Shown here piece by piece: positions 12,031-23,846 of a stretch of 41,600 nucleotides of DNA. The notes beneath the pieces were generated by a model, which did no database searches, was not told the origin of the DNA, and saw only the letters and a program-made list of their open reading frames with translations. The first letter of the stretch is position 1. Every line of letters starts with the position of its first letter. Position numbers and translations under genes: made by a program. Source of the stretch: Tricharina praecox (Eukaryota); assembly GCF_024521635.1 (NCBI RefSeq), contig NW_026250403.1:3162001-3203600 (forward strand). The letters are read 5' to 3'.

Positions 12031-13522
12031 TGGGACCGAGGGATTGTAGAGAGAGAAATAGTGAATGAGCAAACGTGGGGAAATGCTGAAGAGAGGGGGT
12101 GTTGGGAGACAGTAAACAATGGCCAAGGACTCGGGTATGACGTCGGCGGCTCAACTGCAGGATGGTGGGTACTGGTCGTTGCAACAACGTGGAGCTACCG
12201 GTATTTGATCTGACAGGACACGGGGACGTGATTCAGCACCTATGCACATACCGGTATTTCCGTAGGATTGGAAGCGGATAGACTCGATAGCAATGACTGG
12301 CCGCGCGCGCTCCAATGTGCTGTACTATGCTATGTATACTCGTACATACGCTGCTCCGAATCACCCCGGAAGTACAATCTTTCAAGTGATAACTAATTCC
12401 GGGCCCCGGAGATCGGAGCTGCGAACCGATCTCGCGCAGTCTCTGGTTCGTGCGGTAGCGCGGAACATCTCCCGGCGGAAATCCACTGGGCTAGGCGAAA
12501 CGGAGGTTTAGAGTACCGGTATGGTCTTGGAACGCTCTGATCCGAGAGTACGAAGGGATCGATCGGGAATGTAAATTTGAGAAAGAAAAAAAGCTCGATA
12601 ATGAGCTGGAGCTGAATGATCAGTTGGGAGGCAGGTATTTGGGTCTCTCACTGATTCTGGTTCGATCGATCGAAGGCAGGCCCGAATGTGTCCAGAATCC
12701 ATTAAATCTTGGAGGGCCGGTCGTGTTACGGCGTCCACCTTTAGTATCATGGTAACTATTTCTTGATCTCCAATTGGGACGCTGTAGAGTGAAACTCCGG
12801 GGTGAATTCATATGGTTGGGCCTCCGGAAGGGTCTGGGTGGCGAGGGATCGGGCGATGTCTCTGGGGCCAATATCAACTGCCAGTCGGCCCGGCGGAGTA
12901 CAACGGATCGCTACGGGTCAATAAGAAAGCCCGACTAGCTATTCGGACGTCGAAACAACCGGCCAGCTTGCCACGTAAAGGAGCCGACAGCCCGGCTTTT
13001 TGAGCTAGTTGTTGAGACCACCTCCAGCATTCCACAGAGCTCCCGCAGTTTCGTCTACGGTCCGAGCCGCGCGAACGCCTCAAAGATTTCGAATACAGAT
13101 GGATCCGCGGGTCTTCTTCCAACGGAACACGCTAGAATAGTTGCTCCTGCGGTGTCGCTAGTCTGTTCTAACCTATCATGTAAAAGGTGATGGATTCATC
13201 TCAATCGCTGCGTACGCTCGTGAAATTTAGCCAGCCGATCGTTGTACTCAGTACAATACCGGTACGGTACTGAGAAGTTACAAAGATCTTGGGAAATCCC
13301 ATCGATTGGACCGGCGAAAACGTGCGGTTCTTCCCAACGCAGCCCGGAGCCACCTAACGTCACGATGATTCTAGCCGTATATAGATCTCCACTACCTCCA
13401 CGCCGTGGCATCCGCCCCACAATTTAATTGGCATGGAGAAGGCTGCTCAGCTGCAACACACGACGTCGTCCATGTACCGCGGTGTTGATCGTCAGCCTCC
13501 TCCGTCACTTCTCCGTAGCTGC

Positions 13523-13579
13523 TGACGTCACGACGTCATCACTCGTTCTCACGCGGCCATTGATCTGGCTCGATATAAG
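13523..13579 (+). promoter_or_regulatory. Tandem CRE (ATF/CREB) sites and TATA-like box upstream of the 13702 gene
   Basis: TGACGTCA 13523-13530, CGACGTCA 13531-13538, TATAAG 13574-13579. Confidence 0.55.
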
Positions 13580-13701
13580 AGCTCTCTAAAAATCCTCTTT
13601 CTTCGCAACAAACATCAAACACCTCTTCAGCTCTCATCAGTGCACCTCGTAAAGCACCCGTTCATCCATCCATCCACAACCTCACCCGCAGTACAAGAAA
13701 C

Positions 13702-14127
13702 ATGTCGAACCCCCGCGAGCGCGCAGCCGAAGACGCCTACGAGGCCGAAAACGACGAGTACGCCGGCGACGAGGTCAAGAGCGACCGGAGCTATGCCGGC
13801 GGCGACCAGCGGAAGACAGGTGGTCCGCAGGTGGTCGCCGACGAGGACGCCGATCTGGGGGCCGACGCTGTGCCCGGCAGCGAGACGAATAGTGATGCGC
13901 AGTTGAGTAAGTGATCGACCGATGTGGGAGATGTTGGGGATTGACGCTGATCGGGTGTAGGGCGCGATGAGAAGGAGGCTATCGATACTAGTAATATCCT
14001 GCCTGGTGCGGAGAAGGGGATTCAGACGAGGGGTGTGAGGAAGAATTATAAGGAGCCCGGTGATGAGGAGGGATTGCCCGGTAGGGGAGATACGGGGAGC
14101 AGCAGTTTGAGGACGGGAACTATTTGA
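13702..14127 (+). CDS. Small acidic hydrophilic protein with CHZ-like motif, 123 aa; exons 13702-13906, 13961-14127
   Basis: Intron GTAAGT..CTGAT..TAG 13907-13960 joins SDAQL to RRDEKEAIDTSNILPG..TRG..YKEPGDEEGLP; ID.SNI..TRG resembles the CHZ histone-chaperone-domain motif of small fungal proteins. Confidence 0.8.
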
Positions 14128-14684
14128 GTGCTGTACTGTGGTTGTGGGGAAACAGGCGAAGAGTCGCGTTGTCCGAGAATAGTCAAATCTATGGTTCTCC
14201 ATACAATGTGTTCAATACATGGGATCCAGAGTGTCCCGGCGAGGTAAACGATAGCCGGAGGCTTTGATGGCTTTCAGTCTACATCCTTCAGCGAGGCATG
14301 TGACGTAGACATGATGTGTCAGTCAAGTGACATCGTACAAACACCTCTTCTATTATCTTATTCAGGTGCGCGTGCGAATGCCCCGAAGATCACCGCATGC
14401 TTCCGTAAAACTTTTAAGTCTCGGATTGAAGTCCTCGAGTGATCCTATCAATCTCCACAATTCGCCGGGGACCGGTATTGAATGGTCAAGAAGAAGTCAC
14501 CAACCTGCTGGCTCCATTGACCACGAACAACGTACGAGGGTCTTATGTTTCGTCCCATACCACCAAACAAACGGCCTGGAGCAGAGCAAACGGCCCTTAT
14601 CCCCCTATATACCGGCGTCCCTTGTCCACCTTCGCATCCCTCCCTCGAACACACCAGCATGCACGCCCATCAAGTTGAACCAGC

Positions 14685-16070
14685 ATGGACCCGCGATTCC
14701 GCCTACCACCTTATCCCGTGATGCGCACGCAGGTGGCAAACCCACTGCTTCCGCGGCTACCGGAGCAGTTCAAGTTGCAACCGCAAACGGCATTTTACCG
14801 GTCGATGCCGGCCGTCTTGAGAACAGTGTTTATGATGTGCTTTGGCCGCGACGGCGCGGAGGATGGGCGCCCGGATCAAAGAAACATGTTGAGGCTGGAG
14901 TATGCGAAGGCGCTGGTGGAGCCAGCGGAGACTCCGCAGATGCGAGTGCGAAATGGCGAAGGTAATGGAGGTGGGGATAGGATGCAGGTGCGGGAAATTA
15001 TGCCGCTGCGGTTAACTGATCCGCTACAAGGTTTGCGCGCGAGCACGGCGCTAAGAGCGAAGGATGGAGATGGAATGGACGACCTCGGCGGTGGCGGGAG
15101 TTCTGCTTCCATTGGAGAGAGGAATTTCCCCGGAAACTTAGCTGAAGCCGAAACCGATGCCAATGCTACTGCCCGCTCGGGAACCGCCCCTGCGCTACGG
15201 CTCGTCCGCGAGAAGATCCGGTACCGGAGGCTGAATCGACGACTGGGGTGGTTCCGGAGGACGATGGATTTTTGGGTGCCTCTAGTCCCCCGTCGGGGCG
15301 TACTACTGGGAGTGGAGTCGAGAGGAAGTTATCGAGGATGGAGAACTGCAGACCAAGAAGAGGAGTACGAAGAACCGGATCTCCCTCTAGTCCCCCGTCG
15401 GGGCGTACTACTAGGAGTGGAGTCGAGAGGGGGTTTTCGAGGATGGATAACTGCAGACCAAGATGAATATGAAAAACCGGATCGAGGATGGAAAACTGCA
15501 GACCAAGAAGAGGAGTACGAAGAACCGGATCTCCTTCTAGTCCCCCGTCGGGGCGTACTACTGGGAGTGGAGTCGAGCGGAAGTTATCGAGGATGGAAAA
15601 CTGCAGACCAAGAAGAAGAATACGAAGAACCGGATCTCCACCCGGCCTACACTCTCCGGAACGCACCGCAACCGAAAGTCCCCTCTCCACCGGAATCAGT
15701 AAACTGTTACAGTCCTACTGAAAGCGGTTATATTCGGCCGCCGTCGCGACCAGCCATCAAGCCAGCGACTATCATAAAGCTCGATTTGCTGGTGAGCGCG
15801 GTGAAGCAGGCGAGCAACAAGCTGCCGACCGGAAGCCCGCTGTTTCCAAAGATGTTTCAACTGCGGACACAGGTGGTTGCGTTCCAGGATCTGGTGGAAT
15901 ACGGGAGGGGCGCTGTTCCTGCGGTACCGAAGAGGATACAGGCGTTTTTGAAGCGGTTGGAAGAGATTGAGGAGGAGCTTCGAGTTGATACGGAGGAAGA
16001 AGTATCAGGAGACGGAGATGAGTGCTTAGATTTTTATTCTGATGGGTATGCTGCTTTGTTCAGGCCCTAG
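14685..16070 (+). CDS. Hypothetical protein, 461 aa, with internal 35-aa tandem repeats
   Basis: Long ATG ORF; the repeats all preserve the reading frame; helical, acidic C-terminus; no family recognised. Confidence 0.6.
   Translation: MDPRFRLPPYPVMRTQVANPLLPRLPEQFKLQPQTAFYRSMPAVLRTVFMMCFGRDGAEDGRPDQRNMLRLEYAKALVEPAETPQMRVRNGEGNGGGDRMQVREIMPLRLTDPLQGLRASTALRAKDGDGMDDLGGGGSSASIGERNFPGNLAEAETDANATARSGTAPALRLVREKIRYRRLNRRLGWFRRTMDFWVPLVPRRGVLLGVESRGSYRGWRTADQEEEYEEPDLPLVPRRGVLLGVESRGGFRGWITADQDEYEKPDRGWKTADQEEEYEEPDLLLVPRRGVLLGVESSGSYRGWKTADQEEEYEEPDLHPAYTLRNAPQPKVPSPPESVNCYSPTESGYIRPPSRPAIKPATIIKLDLLVSAVKQASNKLPTGSPLFPKMFQLRTQVVAFQDLVEYGRGAVPAVPKRIQAFLKRLEEIEEELRVDTEEEVSGDGDECLDFYSDGYAALFRP
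15279..15638 (+). repeat. 105-bp coding tandem repeat, three near-full copies plus one partial copy
   Basis: Unit encodes PLVPRRGVLLGVESRGSYRGWxTADQEEEYEEPDL; copies differ by a few substitutions and a deletion in copy 2. Confidence 0.95.
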
Positions 16071-16634
16071 ATTGAAATATTCCATCGGAACAAGCAAACC
16101 CCAATGCCCAAGCGGAGGGACCTGCACCCAAAGCAGAAAGTCGTGTCACGTGATGGCTGCTACCGAGCGATATCCAGTGCTCCACCCGTCTTGCCAAAAA
16201 CCATCACCACCCCCGGTGGGTGGCTTGGAACCCCCAAGAGCTAAGTCTTTCGCCCGGGCTTGAGCCCCGAGCTTTCCCTCAACTCCCCTCGCCGATTGCA
16301 TGGCCTAAGTAGTAAACCACTAGACCACGCGGGTTTTTTTTCCGTGCTGGAAACATGAATTCGATGCTTATAAAGTACGACAGACAAGCACTACAATTGA
16401 TGGTCGAGGAGAGAGAGAGAGTGAGTGAGAGGAGAGTTGTGTAGGTTTCATTGAATCCACATTTACTTCGTATGAAACTGAAGGACAGACTTGGTGCTAC
16501 AATGAGTGATCTCGGACAAAAAAAAACAGAAATAAAATAAAAGTACGCGGATAACCATAGCTACTAATATCGCACCGAAGTACGCCCCCGCACCGCCGCA
16601 CCGCCGCAGTAAAATCCGTCGTGGTCCCACTCAC

Positions 16635-18424
16635 TCACTCCTTCTTCATCACCACCCCCAGCACGGGGAACTCGAGAGACTCCACCGTGCCGTTCCTCTT
16701 CGTGACCACCAACCTATCCGCCTGCTGTCCATTATACAGCAGCCTTCCGGGCTGTCCCCAGCTGGCACAATCGGAGGCAAAAACGCCCTCGCTTTCCAGC
16801 TCCGGCCTAGGCAGGCCCGGAGTCTCAAAAAGCACCCTCCAAACCTCCTCCTCGGTATCCCCGTCGACAGTCACCAGTTCCGACGGATAGAGCCTAAAAG
16901 TCGTGTTGCTCCCAGGAGAATTCGAGAGCGCCAAGAGGTCGACGCCCCTGCTCAGCCATTTCTCGACGAGCAATCCGTTACCGCCCTCGCCCATCACGAG
17001 CTGGATGGAGCTGTTGCCGGCCGAGAAGTTCCCAGTGTAACCTGTGTCCACGACCTCCAGCCTCGTAGCCTCGTCGACGGCGGGGAAGACGCTCGCGAGC
17101 AGCGCCTCGGCCAGGACGTAGGGCGCCATGCTCACCAGGTCGCCATCGCCGACAAAAATGGCGAAACCAATGTCCGAAGATGGGATCAGTGAGAAGATCG
17201 AACTGTACCCGGGTAGCGCGCCGTCTTTGTTGTAGAGGTCGACGATCCGGATTGGAGAGAGCTTGGAGGTCCGCGTGATCTCCCATGGAAAGCCGACGGC
17301 ACTGTTGATCTCCGAGCCGAAGGTCACAGGTTGCAGCCATTCGTTGATGGTGGCCTGCGGCAGGAGGTCGGAGTCGGAGGACAGGATGGCGCGGAGGAGA
17401 ATGGCCATGTCGTGGGCGGTTGAGTAGGCTCCTCCGCCGCTAGAATAGGCGTTAGATGCATGAAATCGTTGGGTTCAGGGAAGGGATATCTCACGGATTG
17501 TTTGCGCCAAGGTCCGTTGACCAGAGAGCGTCAGGGCTCGGAGGGATCACCATATCTCCCTCGCTAATGGGACTGAATGTGGTGCGGTTCATCCCCATGG
17601 GCGCTGTCAGGTGTTTACGCATAGCGTCTTCAAACGACAGGCCGGTGACGTTACGGACCACATATCCCAGCAGTGCGAAGGCGATATTGGAATATGCCGG
17701 CTTCGAGTGCAAAGGGAATATCGCATGAGAGTTCGACAGACCCTCAACGACCACTGCACCACACCGTATCAATACCGTATCTAATCGCCATCGCAGGGGG
17801 AGGGAGGAGAAACATACACTCCTCAGTACACGGCTCTGGTCGCAGCCCAGCCACTCCACACAGGGAGTATGAATCTGGGTCCTGCGGCGCAAATCCAAAC
17901 TGCTCATACTGTTTTTCCGCCACGTAATCCTCCAAGAAGCCGTAGTTGGCTTGCACGCCGGACATATGACTTCCTAGATCCCTCAAGGTGACACGGTCCC
18001 ACTCGATGGTTCCATTGCCCTCGTTGAGTCCAGGAAGGTACTTCGTAATCTTGTCTCCAAGGTCAAGGTTCAGCCGGAGCAGCAGTAGGTCCGTGAACAC
18101 CTTGCTGACGGATCCGATGCGGTACTGCGAGCTGGCGTTGACCGAGTGCGTACCGTTGGTGGTCGTCTCTGCTGTGTGGTGGTACTCCCACAGCTGGTTG
18201 TGGGCGTCGTTGAGGACGATGGAGAACGAGGTTATGTTCACTTGGAAGCCCGGGTCGATGTCGCCCGCTACGGCAGAGTCCAAGGTGGCGGTCAAGTTCT
18301 TGAGGGCCGTAGAGAGGATCGAAGACCGAACTAAGTCCTTTGGCTGCGGGAGAGTAGGCCCGGGAAGGGGACAAGCTATGACCGCGGTGATTACCAGCGG
18401 GAGAAGTTGGAAAAGGTTGCGCAT
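16635..18424 (-). CDS. Secreted serine beta-lactamase/transpeptidase-like (alkaline D-peptidase-like) protein, about 556 aa; exons 18424-17818, 17753-17495, 17439-16635
   Basis: Signal peptide MRNLFQLLPLVITAVIA; SxxK (IGSVSK), YSN and KDG motifs; LGSHMSG; introns 17817-17754 and 17494-17440. Confidence 0.9.
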
Positions 18425-20929
18425 TGTTACGAGTGCTTTGTTCTTGAGTTCTGTTGGCACCGGATCGTAGTGGAGTTACTGTCCTGGTTTCTGGGAGCAA
18501 GAGCTCAGTTTATAGAAGCCCGAATTGAATACGTAGATGAGAATGGGACACTCGTACAGACGGCGATGTCAAAAGCAATACGCAAGCCCATGACGAGCCC
18601 AGCTTTGCATAGACGTGATTTCCAATGGCAATGCGAGTTGGCAGGACGTACTTGCCAATGGCATTGCGAGTGGAAAGCACGTAGCATACGAGAATTCCAT
18701 TAGGATAACTCGCAATTACGAACACTGGAGTAACATTGGGCCGACCTGGTGTGCCATCGCCGCAACAGAATATGGTTTGCATCGTGTAGTTAGCCTGGGG
18801 CTGAAAATCACGGCGGCGGTCCCCGCGGCTTTGGCCGTTTCTGTGCATCTGCCGTCGACAGCAAGAAAAGAAAGTTACATAACTCAAAATTTATTTTCTG
18901 CAGCTCTGTGGTATAGGTACCGTACGCGTATGACCGGCGACCAAGTAGTTGGCTGCTTTGGGACGATTCCCATGACTTCAACAGGCAGAACGCCTTGCTC
19001 CGCCTCTAGGAAAGGAAGCCATCGAGCCTCATCAAATTTTCTGAAGCGTATATGGTCGATGCCTAGTACGCTCACTCGGAACGGAGACGCAAATATGGTG
19101 GAGTGTATCGGCTGCTGCGCCTCGCATGAAGGTTGTGGGTACGAGGAGCCCAGCGGGGCATTTCGAAGGCAACCTGCCGATCTTTGGTTTCGCCTTGCAG
19201 GGTGACTATCCCGTGTCACGTGCGAGCCAACGAGCACATGGCGTCAAACTTTGGATGCCCGGAGATGTTGGCACGAATCAGGTTCCGCGGCGGCGGTCGA
19301 GACCCAATGCTGTCGGAGGTGAGGAACCTTCGGCCGCACCTCCGTCTGTATACAAAGAGAGATCTCGCCGCCGATGACATCGTTGCTGTATCGAATGGAT
19401 CATCTCTTCCGTCTACCCAAATATGTTCCAACACATAGTTACGAGGAGGCTGAAAAAGAGATACCCTGTGCGCGGCGCCCACGTCGACCGCATCGGTGCT
19501 ACGTAAGAGCATTATTTCGTACGCCGCGAGAGCATCATGGCGATGGCTCGTGGGAAGAATGTTATCCGATGCGATCTGATAAGGGTGGCGCAAGCTAGCT
19601 AGAATGAGACTGAAGAGGGAACCCAACGAAGTGGGTTCATCGTGAGCAATAAGAGGAACTCCTATGTATGAACCACGAGAGCTAGAAAAGATAACCATCT
19701 TTCACCCCATCTTTCACGAGTACGATCTTCACGTACACCACATTATGAATTCTGCTACTTACTAACGAAAGGATCAGGCTCGAATCGATTACATAACTAG
19801 AGTAGGTACTCTCCGAAACCAGACACAGACCAAAGCGCAGAACTCCATCTAACAAATCCTCGAGATGCGATTGTCTGCAAGTTTTATGTGGCGTAAGGAG
19901 TTATGTAGGTGGGGTTGACAGTCGATCACTTACGGAATGTTCCCCGTGACGAAGCTGGCAGCGGAGCGGTGCACGGAATGGAGCCGGACGATCCCTGCAG
20001 CCTTGGGCGTCTGCGCGACCAAAGTGGTGGCCATTAGAGTAGTGGACCCCGTGCCACCGGCCCCACATCCGACGAGGGTCGCGATTCTCGACGAATTCGT
20101 AGGTGAGGGCGTCGGCGAGTCGGTGCGAAGGGGAGTCCATATTGTCCTCGCTTTAGTATGTAGTCGGTGGGATAGATACCGGTCGCGGCTCGCGAGACCA
20201 GAGTCGATGCATGATAGCTTCAAAAATGAGGCAGGAATGAAGGCCTCGACCACCTTTGCTATTTCCAGAATCTCATGATCCGACAAATGGTTACAATCAA
20301 TCCCACATGTTCGACTGCTCGACTGATGGCAGCACTCCGGTTGGAGGAAGAAATAGTGTCCGGTGCATTCGCCTTGATTGTCCATTTCGAATCCTTATCA
20401 ATCCCGGACCTTCTGTAAACGAAGTGAAAGAATGTCAGCGTACGTCAGTTGAAGGAGTAGAGATGCACCGGGGAAGCACATCGGCGGGCCATGCCGAGGT
20501 CGTGGCTGGCTGGCCCCGTTGGAGCCGCAGCAGCCGGTTGGCCTTGCCTTCCCCGCAATGCGTGTCCAGGTTCCGTCGCTAATGCCCCACAGCTCCGTCA
20601 GAGAAGCTGGGCATCGAGAACCTGCATCGATACGTGCGAAGCGGTGCCGAAGTGCAACGCCCTTGCAGATGGCATCCATGGCATTCCGCACCACGGTCCT
20701 ACCGGCCGAATCTGGTTCTACGTGGCCGAGGTCAGGTCGCATCCCCGCGGCTTTTCTCCGGCCCCGACGCGTGGGGAGGGAAGGGAATCGCGTCTCCGTG
20801 AAAGAGCTGGCCGCCTTATTTATCAGGCCTGGGCCCGCTGGGTTCCCAGTCTAATATAGGTTGTCCTTCAGTGCACTTCGTCGCATCCCACGATAACCAA
20901 AGTACCAGCATCCAAATAGATATCCGAAT

Positions 20930-23165
20930 ATGCCTGTCTTCACCGAGGAGTCGTCGCCAGAGATGCTGCAGCGTGCGGCCGGACTCAAGAAACCGCCGCT
21001 ACCCCGTGTCTCGTCGCCAGCACCTGTGAATGTAGACCGGACGGCGGACGGCGCGAAGCATGAGGTGGTGATCATCGGTGTATGTACCAATCCCCTTAGC
21101 AGGACTCAGGAGTAATTCACGGAGCTTGTTGGACTGATATTCTTCTGAACAGACCGGACCGGCGGGAATCATGCTCTCACTGATGCTAGCCCGATATGGC
21201 GTCTCCTGCCTGCCCGTCGAGAAGGTCACCTCGATGATCATTCCCGGGCAAGCCGACGGTCTCCAGCCGCGCACACTCGAAGTCCTGCGCACGCTCGGCC
21301 TTTCGGAGGAGGTCTTCTCTCAGGGCTTCCCGAACCACCGCATGGCGTTCTGGAACCCCGGTGGTCCCGGCGAACCCCGTATCGTCCGAACTGCGGTCAC
21401 CGACGATGTCACCGTTCCTACACGGTACCCGCACAAGGTCTTGCTCGCTGCCGGCAGAGTCGTCAACATCCTCGAAAGACAGATGAACAAGTACGGCAAC
21501 GAGGTGGAGAGAGGGACCGAGTTCTTGAAGTATGAGTTTGTTGGCGGAGAATTTCCCGTCAGGGTGTTCTTGCGGGATGTGGTGACTGGGCGGGAGTACT
21601 CGGTGTTTACCAAGTACCTCGTGGGAGCGGATGGAGCACACTCGAAAGTCCGCGAGCAGATGGGCGTAAAGCTGCAAGGAGGTAAGGAGTCGCCCGGCCA
21701 TTCCAGCCAGTACCAAAACAACTGACTCCGTACAGAGAGTACCGATTACATCTGGGGTGTTGTCGATGCCGTATTAAAAACCGACTTCCCGGACATTCGG
21801 AAGCGCTGCGCCATTCACTCGGATGCCGCATCCATCATGGCTATCCCAAGAGAAATGATCGAAGACCAGCAGTACATGACCCGCCTCTACACGCAGCTCG
21901 AAGACGTCGTCGACGCCACATCGACCGTCGCAAACGCTGCGAGTGAGCAAGAGGCGAAGGCCCGGGCAAGAGAGCGGCGGCAACGTGTGACACTCCCGCG
22001 GATCTTGGATCAGGTGAAGAAAACAATGGCGCCGTACGATGTTGAGGTTGTCAAGGTGGATTGGTGGGGTACATTATTTCTCGCTCTTCCACGATTTGCG
22101 TCCCATGCTGACAGGTGGATAGCCGCATACCAGATCGGCCAGCGTGTAGCAACTAAATTTGCTGTGCAAGACAGCGAAGGCGCTGATCGAGTGTTCATCA
22201 TGGGAGATGCTTGCCATACCCACAGCCCTAAAGCTGGCCAGGGAATGAACGTCAGCATGATGGACGCATTCAACCTTGGTTGGAAGCTTGCTTTCGAGCT
22301 GTTGGGCCTCGCTCCTAAGGGCTCACTTCTGCCCACCTACGAGGTTAGCATTCTAAACCCCCCATCTACCTTCCTCATATTAACAGACGGCCGCAGTTCG
22401 AACGAAGAGATATCGCAGAGCAGCTGATTGCTTTTGACAATGCATTCGCTTCCAAGTTCTCCCAGAAGATGGGAGACGACGGTCTTTCGCACGAGGACTT
22501 CTTCAAGGTCTTCCACACCGGCTGTGGATTCACCAGTGGATGCGGCAGTACGGTGATCCCCATGCACAATAGGATGCGCTAAGCTAACACCCTTTGCAGT
22601 CGAGTATGAGCAGAGCAGCCTTGTCGAAAAGACCCTCGTAAAGGCCCTGGACAACAGCCTCAACCCGGACTTTGGCCTCCTCCGGTCGGGCCGAAGACTG
22701 ATTAACATCCCGGTGCGGCGCTTCTCAGACGACGCACCGTGCGAGTTCCACGACGTCCTCCCGGCGTCCGGGCACTACGTCGTTCTCGTGCTGCTTCCCA
22801 AGTTGTTCAAAGACCCGCGCGTGCAGCAGCAGCTCACCTACCTCACGAGCACGCTCCCGCAGAAGTTTGCGCGCGGCATCCTCGAGCCGTTCATCATCCA
22901 CCCGCTGCGCTCCAACGACGACGTGGAGTGGAACATGTTCCCCAAGGCGCTGAAAGAAGACTGGGAGTGGAACCTTCTCGGCGACGTCAGCGGACAGGGA
23001 TACGAGACGTTCGGCGTCGACAGGGACGCCGGTGTCGTCGCGGTTCTCCGTCCCGACGGCGTGCTCGGCGGCGTGTGGGATATTGACGAGTTGGCGCCCA
23101 AGCGCAGGGTCGAGAGCTATCTCGCGGCCAATCTGTCCGCCCGTGGTACGAAGTCGCTGTTGTAA
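20930..23165 (+). CDS. Phenol 2-monooxygenase-family FAD hydroxylase, about 649 aa; exons 20930-21079, 21153-21681, 21736-22068, 22123-22343, 22397-22547, 22600-23165
   Basis: VVIIGTGPAG, GQADGLQPRTLE, GADGAHSKVR, WGVVD..TDFPDIR, GDACHTHSPKAGQGMN, C-terminal domain with LRPDG; five GT-AG introns. Confidence 0.93.
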
Positions 23166-23846
23166 ACGGGAGGGGAGTGCGTCGTCTGGTTGTTTTTGTA
23201 GATTTTTTCTGCTGCATGGGTTGGGGCTATCGTTTTTGCTGTTTTTATACATACCAAGTACTTTTACATACCTGCGTTCGTTCGCGTGCATTGTCTACAT
23301 ATGTGAGGGTCATCGTCCCCGACCCTATGTACGGCCTGGCATGCCGTCGGAACCACTTCACATGCCTCTGTCCGCGGTCGATCCCCTGGGATGTGCCAAG
23401 CCGATAAGCGAGATGGGCAGGAGACACTGGACCATGGCCATGGGATTCGTAATGAATGGGAGAAGCTCGAGGAGAGGGATGTGGAGGTGAGGGTTGAGGA
23501 CCTGCATGGTGGACTGGCTATGGGTGGACTGGCTACGGGTGGACGGCTCCGACGTGAATGGCCGCATGTGATATTGGAATACCCCATACATCTGGAGCTT
23601 CAACCCGCATATTCAAGCACAGTCAATTACGAGAGAGAGTGAACCCGTTCAAAACGAAATCATGTCTTATTGCCTACCATTCCATCCCACTACCACGCTG
23701 ATATCTCAAAGTGCCTACCTAATTTGAAGCAAAGAAACCTGCAAAGAAAAAGAAAACAAACAAACAACTCCAATGCAAACCGAACCCCAGATCGTGAATT
23801 CATATCCCGCATCAAACGAAAACAACAGACGATTATCAAATCAAGT

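Noticed and set aside
12200-13450. Possible gene or transposon relic between mcu and the CHZ-like gene
   Set aside because: Only short ORFs with stops; no terminal repeats and no transposase or RT motifs
15279-15638. Repeat as a CRISPR array or as a Kex2-processed (KEP/RiPP) precursor
   Set aside because: Eukaryotic coding repeat without unique spacers; the protein lacks a signal peptide and no DUF3328-type tailoring gene is nearby
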